Positions 63,250 to 64,000 of a DNA stretch of 64,000 bases are shown in pieces (the first letter of the stretch is position 1; each line of letters begins with the position of its first letter). A program made the position numbers and the translations under genes. The notes under the pieces are model-generated. The model saw only the letters and a program-made list of their open reading frames with translations, was not told the DNA's origin and did not search any database. Origin of the DNA: Caldisericia bacterium (GTDB taxonomy: Bacteria > Caldisericota > Caldisericia > JAAYUI01); the NCBI GenBank assembly GCA_040768585.1, contig JAXGMQ010000001.1, positions 1,675,224 through 1,739,223 on the forward strand, read 5' to 3'.

Positions 63250-64000
63250 ATGATGAGGAGAGTATTGTCGTTTGTAGTTGCGTTAGTTCTGGTTTTCACC
63301 GTTTTTCTAGCCTGGCAACCTGCTTCAGAAGCCGCTACTGTTTGGAAACTTGGAGACAGAATCGTGCCGGGCCCTCTTCCGCCCTCAATCGATGCCCCTA
63401 TGCCAGAGCTTATATCGAAACTGAATCTTTCTTATGGCGAACATGAGCTTCAGAAACTGGACTTTTTTAGACCAAAGGTGTGTGAAGGTCAGACGCTTCC
63501 GCTTGTTGTCTACATTCATGGTGGAGGATTTACCGCGGGTGACAAGAGTAGGATGACAATGAGAATGGACAGCAGATTGCTCTGTCAACTCGGTTTTGCT
63601 ACAGCATCAATCAATTACAGACTCTGCCCCGATGTAAAAATGCCAATTCCTGTCGAGGATTGCAAGAGAGCAATCAGGTACCTCAAGGCAAATGCCGACG
63701 AGTTGGGGATTGACCCAGAACGAATTGCGATTTGGGGGACATCTGCAGGTGGTCACCTTGTCACGATTCTTGGATCAGCCTCTGAAGAGGATGGGCTAGA
63801 GGGTGAGGGGTATCTTGACTATTCCAGCTCGATTGTAGCTGTCGTTGACCACTTTGGCCCAACCGATATGACGAAGATGATAAAGCATGAAGGAATCAAC
63901 AGAGGCTTTGCGCTCTATGAAGGTGAGACAGTTGAAGAGGTGATGGAGGAGGCTGTGAGAGTTTCCCCAGTGGTCTATGCCTCGTCTGACGACCCGCCAC
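63250..64000 (+). CDS. Secreted alpha/beta-hydrolase, paralog of 61771..62940 (3'-truncated by the window end).
   Basis: GGAGG RBS + ATG. ATVWKLGDRIVPGPLPP...CEGQTLPLVVYIHGGGF...WGTSAGGHL is collinear with the previous esterase. Confidence 0.7.
   Translation, partial: MMRRVLSFVVALVLVFTVFLAWQPASEAATVWKLGDRIVPGPLPPSIDAPMPELISKLNLSYGEHELQKLDFFRPKVCEGQTLPLVVYIHGGGFTAGDKSRMTMRMDSRLLCQLGFATASINYRLCPDVKMPIPVEDCKRAIRYLKANADELGIDPERIAIWGTSAGGHLVTILGSASEEDGLEGEGYLDYSSSIVAVVDHFGPTDMTKMIKHEGINRGFALYEGETVEEVMEEAVRVSPVVYASSDDPP

Noticed and set aside
1-64000. Search for mobile-element hallmarks (integrase, transposase, terminal inverted repeats, tRNA-flanked direct repeats) around the AT-rich islands
   Set aside because: No recombinase-like ORF was seen. 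The only tRNA, tRNA-Phe, has no detectable 3'-end duplication nearby. Island boundaries therefore remain unsupported.

Overview
This 64 kb bacterial chromosomal window has dense, mostly confident housekeeping operons, interrupted by several AT-rich, accessory-looking stretches. The main hunt result is a candidate defence island at ~10.9-15.6 kb: a TIR-domain protein tail-to-tail with a multi-TM effector-like protein, next to a WYL regulator, ending in an extreme AT-rich block.

Housekeeping genes:
- etfB-etfA
- a fatty-acid synthesis block: fabZ-fabH-fabG-acpP-fabF-accD-accA
- an NtrC-type sigma-54 activator
- rsgA and tRNA-Phe
- a MerR-like regulator followed by NifS/NifU-type Fe-S genes
- dxs
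- two PaaI-type thioesterases
- a two-subunit class I fumarase
- smc
- copA

These are interleaved with many large secreted or cell-surface proteins. Several end in copper-amine-oxidase-N-terminal-like 'stalk' domains. One esterase ends in a dockerin module. Together these point, by inference only, to a Gram-positive-type anaerobe (Clostridia-like).

No rRNA, CRISPR array, transposase or integrase was seen.

Candidate defence island (~10.9-15.6 kb):
- an AT-rich gene encoding a TIR-domain protein with its catalytic Glu retained
- arranged tail-to-tail, with overlapping stop codons, against a 5-TM protein that has a large unknown cytoplasmic domain
- followed by a small membrane-anchored protein and a WYL-domain (BrxR/CapW-like) regulator
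- ending in an extreme (A+T)-rich low-complexity block

Other observations:
- a paralogous pair of 86-aa proteins flanking a TspO-like membrane protein
- orphan response regulators paired with giant surface proteins, one of them carrying a variant GAFTGA motif
- tandem esterase paralogs sharing a conserved upstream DNA element
- a hairpin-dense, possibly ncRNA region next to tRNA-Phe
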